Shown one piece after another: positions 9,353 to 19,765 of a stretch of 64,000 nt of DNA (positions within the stretch are counted from its first letter, which is position 1; every line of letters begins with the position of its first letter). Source of the stretch: Escherichia phage EcWhh-1; the sequence record MH791409.1. One strand, 5' to 3'. The translations under genes were made by a program, and so were the position numbers. Under the pieces are notes generated by a model. The model was not told the origin of the DNA, ran no database searches, and saw only the letters and a program-made list of their open reading frames with translations.

Positions 9353-11078
9353 ATCTAATCAGAATAGTTTTCGTCGCAATAAACTGATTGAAGAAATGGC
9401 TCCTCAGCGTCGTGCTGAGGCGCTAGCCCAAACCCAGAACGACGAATTAGGAAATATAACAGAAGCTTTATCAGAAACCCAGGCGGCGTCTGAATTGCTC
9501 TCTGAAGTTGTTGAAACAAAGTCTAATCAGATTATTAATTCTATAGACCGAGTAGATAAAAGTGTTCAAGATGTTGTCGCAGGAACAGAATTAACAGCCG
9601 AAGCTATATCAGAACAAACCCAACAATCTAAAGCTCTTTCGGATGCATTAAACGAAAAGATTAATAAGCTTTCTAATATGTTGGAGGCTAAATTCTCTGG
9701 TATTTCTATTCCGCCGGAAGGGAGCTCATTAAAGGTTATTGAAGACTCTATTCCTGAAGAACCTAAGGCTGAAACTCCTAAAGTTCCTGCTGTTATTGAA
9801 GATATTCTTCCGCCTGAAGATAATAAACCTGATGCTGAATTTGTACCAGAGCCTCCTAAAAATTCGGATGAAGGTAAAGAAGGTGATAAGTCTTCTCTTT
9901 CCGATAAAATCGAAGCCCTTACAAAAATAACCGAAAAAGGATTTAAAGCTTCTATAGGCGTCGCTGATAGAATTTCAGGTATGCTTTTTAAGTATACTAT
10001 TACTGCTGCTGCAGAAGCCGCTAAACTGGCTGCAGGCCTAGCCCTTTTAATATTTGGTATAGATGCTATTCGTGTATACTTCCAATATTTCATGGACCAA
10101 TTTAATGAAGGATGGAAAAAATTTAACGATAAGTTTAAAGAGTGGGGACCCGTACTTGAAGGCTTAATGACCTGGGCCAAGAATGCTGAAGCTATGTTTA
10201 GCGAAAGAAATTGGCTAGGTCTGGCAGAAGCTATTATTCGCGGTATGGTTAATCTTACCAAAAATATGGCACAACTGCTAATGCTCGGTATTTCTAAATT
10301 GATTTCTGCTATTTTAAGTAAAATACCAGGTATGGGTGATTTGGCTGAAAACGTAGAGGCATCAGCTTTAATGTCGTATCAACAAAATACTGGAGCCACT
10401 TTAGATGACGAAGACCAAACTAAAGTAGCCAAGTACCATGATAGACGTTCAGCTGAGGCTTTAGAAACAGCCGAGAAAATGAATAAGAAGTATAAGGGTA
10501 AACCTGAGCTTATAAACCAGGCAGAGAAATACGGTAACCTTACTAAAGAACAAGCCGACCAATTACGCTCTGGTGGAATTGACACAAGCTTCCGTGACCT
10601 CCCTGAAGAAGAACGTTTAGAGTATTTTAAGAAACGTGATAAAGCCCAGGCTGATATTATTCGTTTAACTCAAACCGCCGATAATATAATGAAGCCTGAT
10701 TCTAAAGATATCGAAAATGCCAAGGCATTTAAAGCGGATATCGAGAAACAATTGGCTGACCCTATTATGGCTAAAGGTGGAGCACCTAAGGACCTTAATA
10801 TTCAGCAATTACTTGATAAGATGAATAAATCTTTAGAGAAATTTAATGAAGCTGAAAAGCCTAAACCTGCTTCTGTGGCGGAATCTCCTGAAAATACCCA
10901 GGTTAAAAAGGTTGACGAGCAAATGAGAGCAAAGGAAAATGCTAAATATAGTCAGCAAGCTCCAACTCAAATAAATCAGCAAACGAATATCAAGAAAACG
11001 AGTAAGACTAGTTATAATTTACCGCCACAGTCTTCCACTCCTGCTCCTGGTATGCGTCAAGCTACTAAAGTTAATTAG
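9342..11078 (+). CDS. 29: baseplate hub / tail length determinator gp29
   Basis: 578 aa (T4 590 aa), extended low-complexity middle region; synteny. Confidence 0.8.
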   Translation: MKNESNQNSFRRNKLIEEMAPQRRAEALAQTQNDELGNITEALSETQAASELLSEVVETKSNQIINSIDRVDKSVQDVVAGTELTAEAISEQTQQSKALSDALNEKINKLSNMLEAKFSGISIPPEGSSLKVIEDSIPEEPKAETPKVPAVIEDILPPEDNKPDAEFVPEPPKNSDEGKEGDKSSLSDKIEALTKITEKGFKASIGVADRISGMLFKYTITAAAEAAKLAAGLALLIFGIDAIRVYFQYFMDQFNEGWKKFNDKFKEWGPVLEGLMTWAKNAEAMFSERNWLGLAEAIIRGMVNLTKNMAQLLMLGISKLISAILSKIPGMGDLAENVEASALMSYQQNTGATLDDEDQTKVAKYHDRRSAEALETAEKMNKKYKGKPELINQAEKYGNLTKEQADQLRSGGIDTSFRDLPEEERLEYFKKRDKAQADIIRLTQTADNIMKPDSKDIENAKAFKADIEKQLADPIMAKGGAPKDLNIQQLLDKMNKSLEKFNEAEKPKPASVAESPENTQVKKVDEQMRAKENAKYSQQAPTQINQQTNIKKTSKTSYNLPPQSSTPAPGMRQATKVN

Positions 11079-11080
11079 GA

Positions 11081-12175
11081 TTGATAATGAAAGTAAAAGA
11101 AATTGACATTGACGTAGCCTCCTTATTTAAAGGAGGTTCAAAAACCTCCGCGGGCCAATCTAAAGCTAAACCGGCCCAAACCACGGTAACTGCCCAGTAT
11201 CCAGCCGAAAGGGCCTCTGGCAATGATACCTCTACAGATATGGTGTTAAACGATTTATATAAAAATGGATTACTTTTTACGGCATATAATTTTAGCTCTC
11301 GTGTATCACCTGATTTACGTAACGACCGCTCGAGCCAAATGACCAAAAAGTTTTCAAAAGCTGCAGGTAAACTTACCGGTAATACTGGCGGGTTCAGTGC
11401 TGTTAAAAACCTGTTTAGTAACAACTCTAAAGGAGTTAAATTTGATAGCCAGGCTTTAGCCAATATTTTGCTCCCTCGTTCTAAATCTGATGTTGATTCG
11501 GTTACCCATAAATTTAATGATGTAGGCGAATCATTAATTACTAAAGGTGGTGGTACTGCTACGGGTATTTTGAGTAACGTTGCCAGTACTGCTGTATTTG
11601 GTGCATTGGAATCTGTAACTAACGGTGTAATGGCCGATTCTGGTGAGCAAATATACACAACCGCACGTAGTATGTATGCAGGGCCAGATAACCGTACTAA
11701 GGTATTCACTTGGGAAATGACCCCTAGAAACGCCCAAGACCTTATTCAGATTATTAAAATATATGAAATCTTTAATTACTATTCTTATGGTGAAACAGGC
11801 AACTCTGCCTTCGCCGGCGAATTAAAAGAGAAGATTGATACATGGTACCGTTCCACGTTTAAAAAAGAAGCTATTGATAACTTTGATGGTAAGCTATTAG
11901 GAGAAGGTATCACAAGTTTCCTTTCTAATGTTATTGTGGTAAGTAACCCAACTATTTGGTATATTCGAAACTTTGGTAATACAAGTTCATATGACGGACG
12001 TGAAGATATTTTTGGACCGTGCCAAATCCAAAGTATACGATTTGATAAAACTCCTGATGGACATTTTAATGGTTTGGCTATTGCTCCTAACTTACCATCC
12101 ACGTTTAGTTTAGAAGTTACTTTCCGTGAAATCATTACTTTGAACCGTGGCTCACTTTATACGGAAGGATTCTAA
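11081..12175 (+). CDS. 48: baseplate tail tube cap gp48
   Basis: 364 aa, identical in length to T4 gp48; synteny. Confidence 0.8.
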   Translation: MIMKVKEIDIDVASLFKGGSKTSAGQSKAKPAQTTVTAQYPAERASGNDTSTDMVLNDLYKNGLLFTAYNFSSRVSPDLRNDRSSQMTKKFSKAAGKLTGNTGGFSAVKNLFSNNSKGVKFDSQALANILLPRSKSDVDSVTHKFNDVGESLITKGGGTATGILSNVASTAVFGALESVTNGVMADSGEQIYTTARSMYAGPDNRTKVFTWEMTPRNAQDLIQIIKIYEIFNYYSYGETGNSAFAGELKEKIDTWYRSTFKKEAIDNFDGKLLGEGITSFLSNVIVVSNPTIWYIRNFGNTSSYDGREDIFGPCQIQSIRFDKTPDGHFNGLAIAPNLPSTFSLEVTFREIITLNRGSLYTEGF

Positions 12176-13128
12176 TGTATACTTTACAAGAATTTCAAAA
12201 CCAGGCAATTAATATTGACCTACAAAGGAATAACCTGTTTAGTGTAGTATTTGCTACAGTTCCTTCTTCTAAATCCCAAGCGCTCCTCGACCAGTTCGGT
12301 GGAGCTTTATTTAACAATATCCCGTTGAATACCGATTTGTTTGGAATTACCCAAGGAGATTTAACCCAAGGTGTTACGACATTAGTGACAGCGGGCACTC
12401 AGAAGTTGATTCGTAAGTCAGGTATAAGTAAATATCTGATTGGAGCTATGTCATCCAGGGTTGTGCAGAGCTTACTAGGTGAGTTTGAAGTAGGTACATA
12501 TCTGATGGATTTTTTCAATATGGCTTATCCTACGGCGGGTCTTTTAGTCCATGCCGTTAAAATTCCGGATAATACTTTGAACTATGAAATGGATTTGAAC
12601 CACAACTCGCCTAATATCAAAATTACCGGAAGAGAATATTCTCCATTGGTATTAAGCTTCCGCATGGATTCTGAAGCTGCCAACTACCGTGCTTTTAATG
12701 ATTGGGTCAATAGTGTCCAAGACCCTATTACACAATTAAGAGCATTGCCTGAAGATGTTGAAGCTGACATCCAAGTCAACCTTCATTCTCGTAATGGATT
12801 GCCACATACAGTAGTAATGCTTAATGGATGTGTTCCTGTAGGTGTTTCATCGCCGGAATTATCTTATGATGGCGATAACCAGATTGCTTCGTTTGATGTT
12901 ACATTTGCTTATAGAAGTGTACAGACGGGTGCAGTTGGTAAACAAGCTGCTTATGAATGGCTGGAAGATAAAGTCCTTAAAGGCGTAGCAGGCATAAGTG
13001 AGAGTAACTCATTAAGTTCTTCTGTAGCTAAATTAAGTAGACTTTCAGGAGCTTCTAGTGGATTGACCGGATTGGTTAATACGTTTGGTGGGCGTGCTAT
13101 TAATAATGGAATATCCAGGTTGTTATAA
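12175..13128 (+). CDS. 54: baseplate tail tube initiator gp54
   Basis: 317 aa (T4 320 aa); synteny. Confidence 0.8.
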   Translation: MYTLQEFQNQAINIDLQRNNLFSVVFATVPSSKSQALLDQFGGALFNNIPLNTDLFGITQGDLTQGVTTLVTAGTQKLIRKSGISKYLIGAMSSRVVQSLLGEFEVGTYLMDFFNMAYPTAGLLVHAVKIPDNTLNYEMDLNHNSPNIKITGREYSPLVLSFRMDSEAANYRAFNDWVNSVQDPITQLRALPEDVEADIQVNLHSRNGLPHTVVMLNGCVPVGVSSPELSYDGDNQIASFDVTFAYRSVQTGAVGKQAAYEWLEDKVLKGVAGISESNSLSSSVAKLSRLSGASSGLTGLVNTFGGRAINNGISRLL

Positions 13129-13136
13129 CAAAAAAA

Positions 13137-13154
13137 GGAGAGCTTACGCTCTCC
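13137..13154. terminator. hairpin GGAGAGC-TTAC-GCTCTCC between convergent gp54 and the alt-proximal ORF
   Basis: 7-bp stem preceded by an A7 run, at a convergent gene boundary. Confidence 0.55.
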
Positions 13155-13163
13155 TTTAGGGGT

Positions 13164-13454
13164 TTATTTACGGAACGAGATAAAACCTGCTGCGGTCATT
13201 AGTGGTTGCTTTTTAACAAAGACTGTGATAGAAATAGGAGCTTCAGATTCAAGCTGACCGGTTACTACGCCATTAAAGATATTTTCGGTTTGCTCAGGTT
13301 GTGAAAAATTTTCAACCGGACGTAAGTCGAACTGTTTGTCTTCGCCGAAAACTCGACGTAATTCATTACCGACTGCACTGTCGAACTCTTCAGAAGCAGG
13401 GATAACGTTTTCAACTACCAGTTCCTGACCATTAAAACGGAATGCAGATTTCAT
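13164..13454 (-). CDS. hypothetical protein (alt.-x position)
   Basis: 96-aa ORF with its own early promoter/stem-loop upstream. Confidence 0.5.
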   Translation of the reverse strand: MKSAFRFNGQELVVENVIPASEEFDSAVGNELRRVFGEDKQFDLRPVENFSQPEQTENIFNGVVTGQLESEAPISITVFVKKQPLMTAAGFISFRK

Positions 13455-13475
13455 AATGTTCTCCTCATGTTTGTG

Positions 13476-13512
13476 TAAGGTAATAGTACCACATCCTTGT
13501 GGTGTTGTAAAC
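13476..13512 (-). promoter_or_regulatory. early promoter with stem-loop (PeSL-like)
   Basis: - strand GTTTAC (-35) then TGGTACTATTAC (extended -10). Confidence 0.5.
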
Positions 13513-15638
13513 TACATTTTGAATTTATTTGATAAAGAAGAGATGTCCAAAGATGCAGCAAGGATTTCCATAGCCTCATTACTTTCTGAAACAGATTCTG
13601 AAACTAGGAATTCTTTAAACCCATTCATCAATTTAACTTCGCCAGTTTCCATCAGATGGTCGCCATCGTAAACGGATTCACTGAGTTCTGAAGGAGACGT
13701 CACTGTAGCTTCCATAAGGTATTTGTGAGATACCCTATCATTCATAGCAAAAGCCGCTACTTTATCAACCTTCATCAATAATCCACGCGGAAGGATAATT
13801 TCTGCTTCTTCAGCATATTCTGTAAGGTCGCCAGGAGCGATAACTTTAACTGCTTCAGCACCTCGAATAACCATACCGATTTCAGCAATCCTGTCTGCAG
13901 GGCCTTCAGGTGCAATTGGATTACCAAACTCGTCTTCTTCCCATTCTACCTCTTCGTCATCGACTTCACCCACATCAGATGAACTACCACTAGCCAATTT
14001 AAACAACTCATCAGCGGAGGATAAAGAACCTTCACCACCAACAAAAACGGCTTGGTTGTCGAGGGCCATATAATTTTTACCGAATTCACCAAAGATGTTA
14101 GGCTTTAATGAGGCTGACACAAAGTTCTTAAAGTAAAATGTTTTGTTATCGATATTATGACGCAGAATTTTGTATGGCAAATCCTGACCACGATACAAAA
14201 TAGTACCCTTAGGGAGTTTAATACCCTTGGTAAATGCTGAGTCTAAATCCTTAATCAATTTAATAGCCGTTGTATTGTTTTCGGATTCAGGTTTACCTAA
14301 AAGGAATAAGTTCATAGGAGCATATTCAGCTGCGCAATATTCAATAATAGCATTGCTTTCGTCTTTGGTTAGGTCCTTAGGTTTAATGAGCTCACCTGAA
14401 TAAGCATATGCATCACTAATAGAATCGTTAATTAGTTTATAAACGGCTTCCATAGCGAAAGCAATTCGAGAGGCCTTTTCTGAAGGGGACCCCTGAAAAC
14501 GAGCGCTCAAGTTATTAACAATTTTCTTAATAATATCCAGGCTATTGGTAGTATTGATTTGCGAAAGGCCACTTAAAAGTCTATCGACTTCTGTATTAAA
14601 AAATGCCATATTATTAGAGTAAATTTCAAACCCTTGTTTATCTCTATTAGCATAATTTAGTTTAAATTTACTATCAGTCATTAAAGCGTGGGTGAGAGCA
14701 ATAGTGTATCTAAAGTTGGCAAGGTCCTCACTCTTAGATTTAAACTGAGAGGCCTGACGCATTTTAGTAATAGCACCTTTTTTAAAGTTCTGGCTAATCT
14801 GTTCAATACCTTCGTTCTCAGGACCTTCAGCCGAATGAACAGGTACAGAAGCTTCAAACTCATTATAAACCTGCAATTCTTTAGGGGATAAAGTTTCGGG
14901 TTCGGCAGTAGAATACTGCGCTGCTGCAGCCATACGACGGGAAATCTTAGTACGAGAAATAACCGCCTTATCGGTACGTTTCTCTTCAACCTGTGCAATA
15001 GATGCCGCTACGGCTTCGACCTTACTTACGGCCTGGCCTGTTTTCTTAGAAACATAAACTTCGCCAACTTTAGACTCAACCTTGGTATAAAGATCAGCAT
15101 CAATTTCAGGCATACCCTTGATATCTTCGATATTAGAACCACGACGTACTAAAAGAACGTATGTATGTTTACCACTAAACTGGAACATATCATCGACAAC
15201 TTTAAACTTACCACCGGTACGTGCCATCACCAAACGAGCTAATACACGCTGAACGGTAGGACCCTTACCTTTCATTTTCTTGGTAGGGAAACGGAACAAA
15301 ACTGCATCCGTTTTAAGTTTGTTTACTTGTTCGTATACAGTATCGAAAATAGTATTCAGTGTACCAAGTGGGTCAGAACCAAGCCCGCCTTTGAGTTCAG
15401 CCGGAGCACCCTTGCTAGACAAACTCATCAAAATAACATGAACGTATTTGTCGCCGGGCTTAACCATTTTAATAGCGTCTCCTTGAGACGCATAAGATAC
15501 CATACGAGCAACCAGATTATCATTACCTGGTGCTTGGATAGAGAAAATCTGTGGAATACCGGAACCTGGTTTAAGATTTGTTACTGGATAGTTTTTAGCG
15601 GAATCACTATCAAAAACCTCGTTTAAATTTTCCATCAT
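13512..15638 (-). CDS. alt: Alt-like ADP-ribosyltransferase, copy 1
   Basis: 708 aa; R-S-E ART motifs (YRGQ, SAS, EIILPRG); N-terminal half conserved with copy 2 and with T4 Alt. Confidence 0.85.
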   Translation of the reverse strand: MMENLNEVFDSDSAKNYPVTNLKPGSGIPQIFSIQAPGNDNLVARMVSYASQGDAIKMVKPGDKYVHVILMSLSSKGAPAELKGGLGSDPLGTLNTIFDTVYEQVNKLKTDAVLFRFPTKKMKGKGPTVQRVLARLVMARTGGKFKVVDDMFQFSGKHTYVLLVRRGSNIEDIKGMPEIDADLYTKVESKVGEVYVSKKTGQAVSKVEAVAASIAQVEEKRTDKAVISRTKISRRMAAAAQYSTAEPETLSPKELQVYNEFEASVPVHSAEGPENEGIEQISQNFKKGAITKMRQASQFKSKSEDLANFRYTIALTHALMTDSKFKLNYANRDKQGFEIYSNNMAFFNTEVDRLLSGLSQINTTNSLDIIKKIVNNLSARFQGSPSEKASRIAFAMEAVYKLINDSISDAYAYSGELIKPKDLTKDESNAIIEYCAAEYAPMNLFLLGKPESENNTTAIKLIKDLDSAFTKGIKLPKGTILYRGQDLPYKILRHNIDNKTFYFKNFVSASLKPNIFGEFGKNYMALDNQAVFVGGEGSLSSADELFKLASGSSSDVGEVDDEEVEWEEDEFGNPIAPEGPADRIAEIGMVIRGAEAVKVIAPGDLTEYAEEAEIILPRGLLMKVDKVAAFAMNDRVSHKYLMEATVTSPSELSESVYDGDHLMETGEVKLMNGFKEFLVSESVSESNEAMEILAASLDISSLSNKFKM

Positions 15639-17726
15639 TTACCCTTGGATGAATTTTTCTGGGATGCCATAGAGGTCTATGCATGAAGCCAAAAGAGGCA
15701 GTACATCAAACCGTGTAGATTTAACAAATGAATCAAAAGATACAGGGCTTTCGGAAGTATCGAAATCATCTTGATACACAACCAACTCGCCGGTTTCCAT
15801 TAGTACGTCACCATCATACACTACAGATTCTTGAAGCTCATCTGATGTCATAACTTCAGCTTGAATAAATTTATTGTTAGACACCGCCCCAGAACCAGTA
15901 TTGGCTGATGCATCCACGATTTTATCTATTTTTACAAGTAGCCCGCGTGGTAAAATTATTTCCTTTTCGTTGGCATGCATGCTTAATTGGCCAGGATAAA
16001 TCACGTTAACTTTATGAGCGCCACTAATAGCCCAGCCAACATCAACACGGATTTGATCCGGCGCATACATATGTGTACGCACTTGACTGGCAGAGATGGT
16101 AACGCCTTCGTCATTATTATCAATGTTTAATTCTTTTCGAACATCATCGGAAGCAAGACCAATAGCCGCATTCTCTTTAAAGCCACCAAAAATGATTGGA
16201 GCCAATGAGGTTGAAACATAGTTTCTAAAATAGAATACCTTATTTTTAACTAATGCCTCGTAGATAGGCGCGCGCAAAGATTGGGCCCTATAAACCGTTA
16301 TTCCTTCAGGTAAACGGTCGCCATTTTTAAAGGCCGAATCCATTCCATCAATAGCACGTTTAACTTCGCTTTCGTCCAAAACTTCATAAAAGCCTGGTTT
16401 ATAACGGCCAAGAAGGACATTGTTAATATCAATATAAGCTGAAGAGGCGTATTCTCTGATAGCTCGTTTTTCTGCAAGTGTATATTGTTTAGGGTCTCGA
16501 GATGTTGTTATATTAAGAATTTCTCTAGTTGATTCTATAGCGTATGTATACATTATCTTAGACAAGAATGAAGACTTACGTTGTTTCCATACTCTTTCAC
16601 TGTTTTCATTCAATATCTCTTTTTCCAAATGGAAGTTGTCTTTTCTATAATCTTCGAACCAATCACTTTTAATAGATTCTGCGATTTCATTAGCAGCTTC
16701 AACAAAGGCAGCTAAAGCTTTAACTGACGTGGTTTTTTCATTTTTAATTTTTTTGACAAATGATTCTAAAGAAGAGTTAATTTTATCACCGTAAGAAACT
16801 TCATCCGCAAATTTAAATGAATCATCCATAGTATTATAAATTTTAAAATCAATAGCCGTAGCCAGCTTATCCTTAGCTGTTTCGGATGATAATGATAATT
16901 CAACTTCGGCTGCTTGTGGAATTAATTCCGCCGTAGCGGGCGCACTGAACTCGCTAGCAGTTTGCTCGTATTTCTGAAATAATTCACCTTCATTACGGTC
17001 TGCTTCTAATGACTGGCTTGCCGCAATCGCCCGACGGGAAATCTTAGTCTTGGTTACAACCATTTTATCAGTGCGACGTTCTTCAACTTTAGCAATACTG
17101 CCGGCAATAGCGGTTTCTTTAGTAACCTGAGCGCCTTCTTTTTTAGAAATATAAACTTCACCGACATCAGAATCTACCTTAGTGTATAATTCGGAATTAA
17201 TTCCTGGCATACCTTTGATATCTTCGATATCAGCTTGTTTACGAACTACTAGGATATAAGTATGTTTACCGGTAAATTGGTACATAGCAGGAACTACTTT
17301 AAAACGTCCACCGGTTTTCTGTGCTACCAAACGTTGGATAATCCGTTGGACGATAGGTCCTTGCCCTTTCATTTTCTTGGTTGGAAAACGGAACATCACA
17401 GCATCCATACGAAGCTTTTTAACTTGTTCGAATACTACATCGAAAATGGTATTGATAGCATCAATAGGAGTAGGGCCTAAGCCGCCTTTAAGTTCGGCTG
17501 GAGAACCTTTAGCCGAAAGGCTCATAAGGATAACGTGGGCGTATTTATCACCTAATTTAACCTGTTTAATAGCATCGCCTTCAGAGGCATAAGATACCAT
17601 ACGAGCAACTAATTGGGATTCGGCATCGCCAATCTTCCAAATCTGGGGTACTTTAAGTTTTGGGTTTAAGTTTACAGTAGGCAGGGTGCCTTCGGACTCA
17701 AACACTTCATTTAATTGTTCGGTCAT
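15639..17726 (-). CDS. alt: Alt-like ADP-ribosyltransferase, copy 2
   Basis: 695 aa; motifs YRAQ, STS, EIILPRG; tandem paralog of 13512-15638. Confidence 0.85.
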   Translation of the reverse strand: MTEQLNEVFESEGTLPTVNLNPKLKVPQIWKIGDAESQLVARMVSYASEGDAIKQVKLGDKYAHVILMSLSAKGSPAELKGGLGPTPIDAINTIFDVVFEQVKKLRMDAVMFRFPTKKMKGQGPIVQRIIQRLVAQKTGGRFKVVPAMYQFTGKHTYILVVRKQADIEDIKGMPGINSELYTKVDSDVGEVYISKKEGAQVTKETAIAGSIAKVEERRTDKMVVTKTKISRRAIAASQSLEADRNEGELFQKYEQTASEFSAPATAELIPQAAEVELSLSSETAKDKLATAIDFKIYNTMDDSFKFADEVSYGDKINSSLESFVKKIKNEKTTSVKALAAFVEAANEIAESIKSDWFEDYRKDNFHLEKEILNENSERVWKQRKSSFLSKIMYTYAIESTREILNITTSRDPKQYTLAEKRAIREYASSAYIDINNVLLGRYKPGFYEVLDESEVKRAIDGMDSAFKNGDRLPEGITVYRAQSLRAPIYEALVKNKVFYFRNYVSTSLAPIIFGGFKENAAIGLASDDVRKELNIDNNDEGVTISASQVRTHMYAPDQIRVDVGWAISGAHKVNVIYPGQLSMHANEKEIILPRGLLVKIDKIVDASANTGSGAVSNNKFIQAEVMTSDELQESVVYDGDVLMETGELVVYQDDFDTSESPVSFDSFVKSTRFDVLPLLASCIDLYGIPEKFIQG

Positions 17727-17762
17727 AATAATTCCTCTTTAATAACCGTATTTATGCCATAA

Positions 17763-17778
17763 AAGGCCCGAAGGCCTT
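17763..17778 (-). terminator. hairpin AAGGCC-CGAA-GGCCTT (UUCG loop on transcript)
   Basis: inverted repeat between the ligase operon and alt copy 2. Confidence 0.5.
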
Positions 17779-17947
17779 AAAGTGGTAGCAACGTGCGGTA
17801 TACTTCGAATGTCGGGCCTTTTTCATAGCCATCAAATGTATCTTTAAAATCGGCAAAAGCTATTTCGTCCTCAAACTCAAGGATGATTTGAGAGACTGCC
17901 GTGGTATTTGTATTTGATACAACAACTGTTTCTAAATAAACTTTCAT
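17777..17947 (-). CDS. hypothetical small protein
   Basis: track ORF trimmed to the ATG overlapping the ligase stop (TAATATG). Confidence 0.4.
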   Translation of the reverse strand: MKVYLETVVVSNTNTTAVSQIILEFEDEIAFADFKDTFDGYEKGPTFEVYRTLLPL

Positions 17948-17948
17948 A

Positions 17949-19472
17949 TTATAACCCAGTTTGAGACCAATCACCGAATACATCTTCAAATGTATCAGCT
18001 TCTGTTTTATCGAAACGCCAACCTTTAATGATTGGAAGGAAAATACCTACAGTATCAGTACGTCCTTTAGAATGAACCCAACCATTACATTCACAGTCAG
18101 CAATACGTCCAATCAACTTACCTTCACGAGCTTGTTTCATAAGAAGTTCACGGTCTAAATCAGGACGGTCTTCCAATGGAATCAATACCTTTTTACCTGA
18201 TTTATCTTTCTTATGGGTGGTATCTTTAAAGCCTGAGCCACAGTCACTTGTAATTCGACGACACCGTGATACCAATTCAACACCACCAAGTTTGTTAGGG
18301 TCCTTCGAGTGTTCATAATAACCTACCACTTCTAAAGCGATATCGATTACTTCTTTGAACTTGATAAGATTCTTAGAACGGCGGTTTTCCCAGTAGGAGT
18401 CCATGTTCTTAAGGATAATACCTTCCAGGCCTTGGTCAACGTATTTTTTATAAACGACTTTAGCTTCTTCGAGATTATTAACCCACTGGTTTTCGATAGC
18501 TTCAACACGCGTTGTACCATGCAATACGACATTATGAGCCACCATAAGTTCTAAGGCTGTAAAGCGTACATCGTACTTATCGCCTTTAATTTTGCCTTCA
18601 GAATACACGACATCCAACGGGACATAATCCCATGCCTGTAATACCATACCGGCAGCTTCGGATGGAGTGATAGTTCCTTGAAGAGCCTTATTAGCCAATC
18701 CATTTGACGTAGAACGGTCGGCGACAGTTTGGAATTCCTTGGCTTTACTTAATTCCGGAAGTTCTTCATCAAACATACTAAACAAATCATTAGATGCTTT
18801 CGGTTCAACTTTAGGTGTGTGGTAAACTAATTCACCGTCAATCATGACACCGTTAGGATGGCGTTGTCGAGCTTCTTCGGTCATCGCCATTAATTCAGCA
18901 GCCAAAAGATTAAGCCCTTGATATTCATTACCACCACGAGTAAGGAATGTCACACCGTCATTACGAACTTCAGCAAAACAACGAGCACCGTCAGCTTTTA
19001 ATTGAGCAAACGCAGGCCATTTAATATTTTTCTTAATCAAATCTTCATCATAAGAACTAGCCAACATCTGGGGTTGTTCAGGGATTAAACCTTTCCAAAC
19101 CTTGTTAGCAATAGAAATCGATGCACCGCATTCAAGGTCGCGCATCATTACACGACGTAATACCTCGGCGTCCGGGGCCTTAGCATCGGCAATGATTTGT
19201 GCCAGTTCTTCAATAGCAGCATTACCTGTAATCTTACGGGTGGCTAATGTGAACTCAGCGAAATCAAGAAGGTCTTCAAGTGTAATCATACCAAAGGATT
19301 GAGACGTAAATCCAGGTTCTGGCCACTTTTTAATACCATAGTTCAGACGACGGGTATAAGCCATACGATAAACACGTTTCAGAAGCTCGTTATCCTTTTC
19401 ACGAGCAATAATAGCTTCTTTAGCTTTAGTAGAATCGATAGCCGCAATTTCGTTCAAAATATCTAAAATCAT
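17949..19472 (-). CDS. 30: ATP-dependent DNA ligase gp30
   Basis: 507 aa; matches T4 DNA ligase (KADGAR motif I; GASISIANKVW...IPEQPQMLASSYDE). Confidence 0.92.
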   Translation of the reverse strand: MILDILNEIAAIDSTKAKEAIIAREKDNELLKRVYRMAYTRRLNYGIKKWPEPGFTSQSFGMITLEDLLDFAEFTLATRKITGNAAIEELAQIIADAKAPDAEVLRRVMMRDLECGASISIANKVWKGLIPEQPQMLASSYDEDLIKKNIKWPAFAQLKADGARCFAEVRNDGVTFLTRGGNEYQGLNLLAAELMAMTEEARQRHPNGVMIDGELVYHTPKVEPKASNDLFSMFDEELPELSKAKEFQTVADRSTSNGLANKALQGTITPSEAAGMVLQAWDYVPLDVVYSEGKIKGDKYDVRFTALELMVAHNVVLHGTTRVEAIENQWVNNLEEAKVVYKKYVDQGLEGIILKNMDSYWENRRSKNLIKFKEVIDIALEVVGYYEHSKDPNKLGGVELVSRCRRITSDCGSGFKDTTHKKDKSGKKVLIPLEDRPDLDRELLMKQAREGKLIGRIADCECNGWVHSKGRTDTVGIFLPIIKGWRFDKTEADTFEDVFGDWSQTGL

Positions 19473-19765
19473 TTTACCGTCCTTACAGTTTGTGTACTTC
19501 TATTATAAGCTACTTCATCTAAAAGCTCATTTAAAGTTTTGTGATACGAAATAATACGCTTATCTTTAATATCATATTCAGTAACATACATAAATCCACG
19601 CCGAACACATTGAATAAAGATATTTTCATCTTTGGCTTGGAAATATACAGGGTTCAATCGAAGGAATTGTCTAACGTTTCCGTAATCATGGGATTTAGGG
19701 ATTCCGTCAGTAATAGTATGAACAACAAACATATTAACCTCGTGCAATCCATTCAACTGCGGCAT
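19469..19765 (-). CDS. hypothetical protein (30.1 position)
   Basis: 98-aa ORF overlapping the ligase start. Confidence 0.5.
   Translation of the reverse strand: MPQLNGLHEVNMFVVHTITDGIPKSHDYGNVRQFLRLNPVYFQAKDENIFIQCVRRGFMYVTEYDIKDKRIISYHKTLNELLDEVAYNRSTQTVRTVK

Noticed and set aside
9566-10261. 231-aa ORF on the - strand inside gene 29
   Set aside because: Antisense to a well-supported structural gene, low-complexity Ser/Leu/Ala-rich translation, no RBS or promoter; treated as spurious. The same applies to 11071-11709 inside gene 48 and 14681-14998 inside alt.
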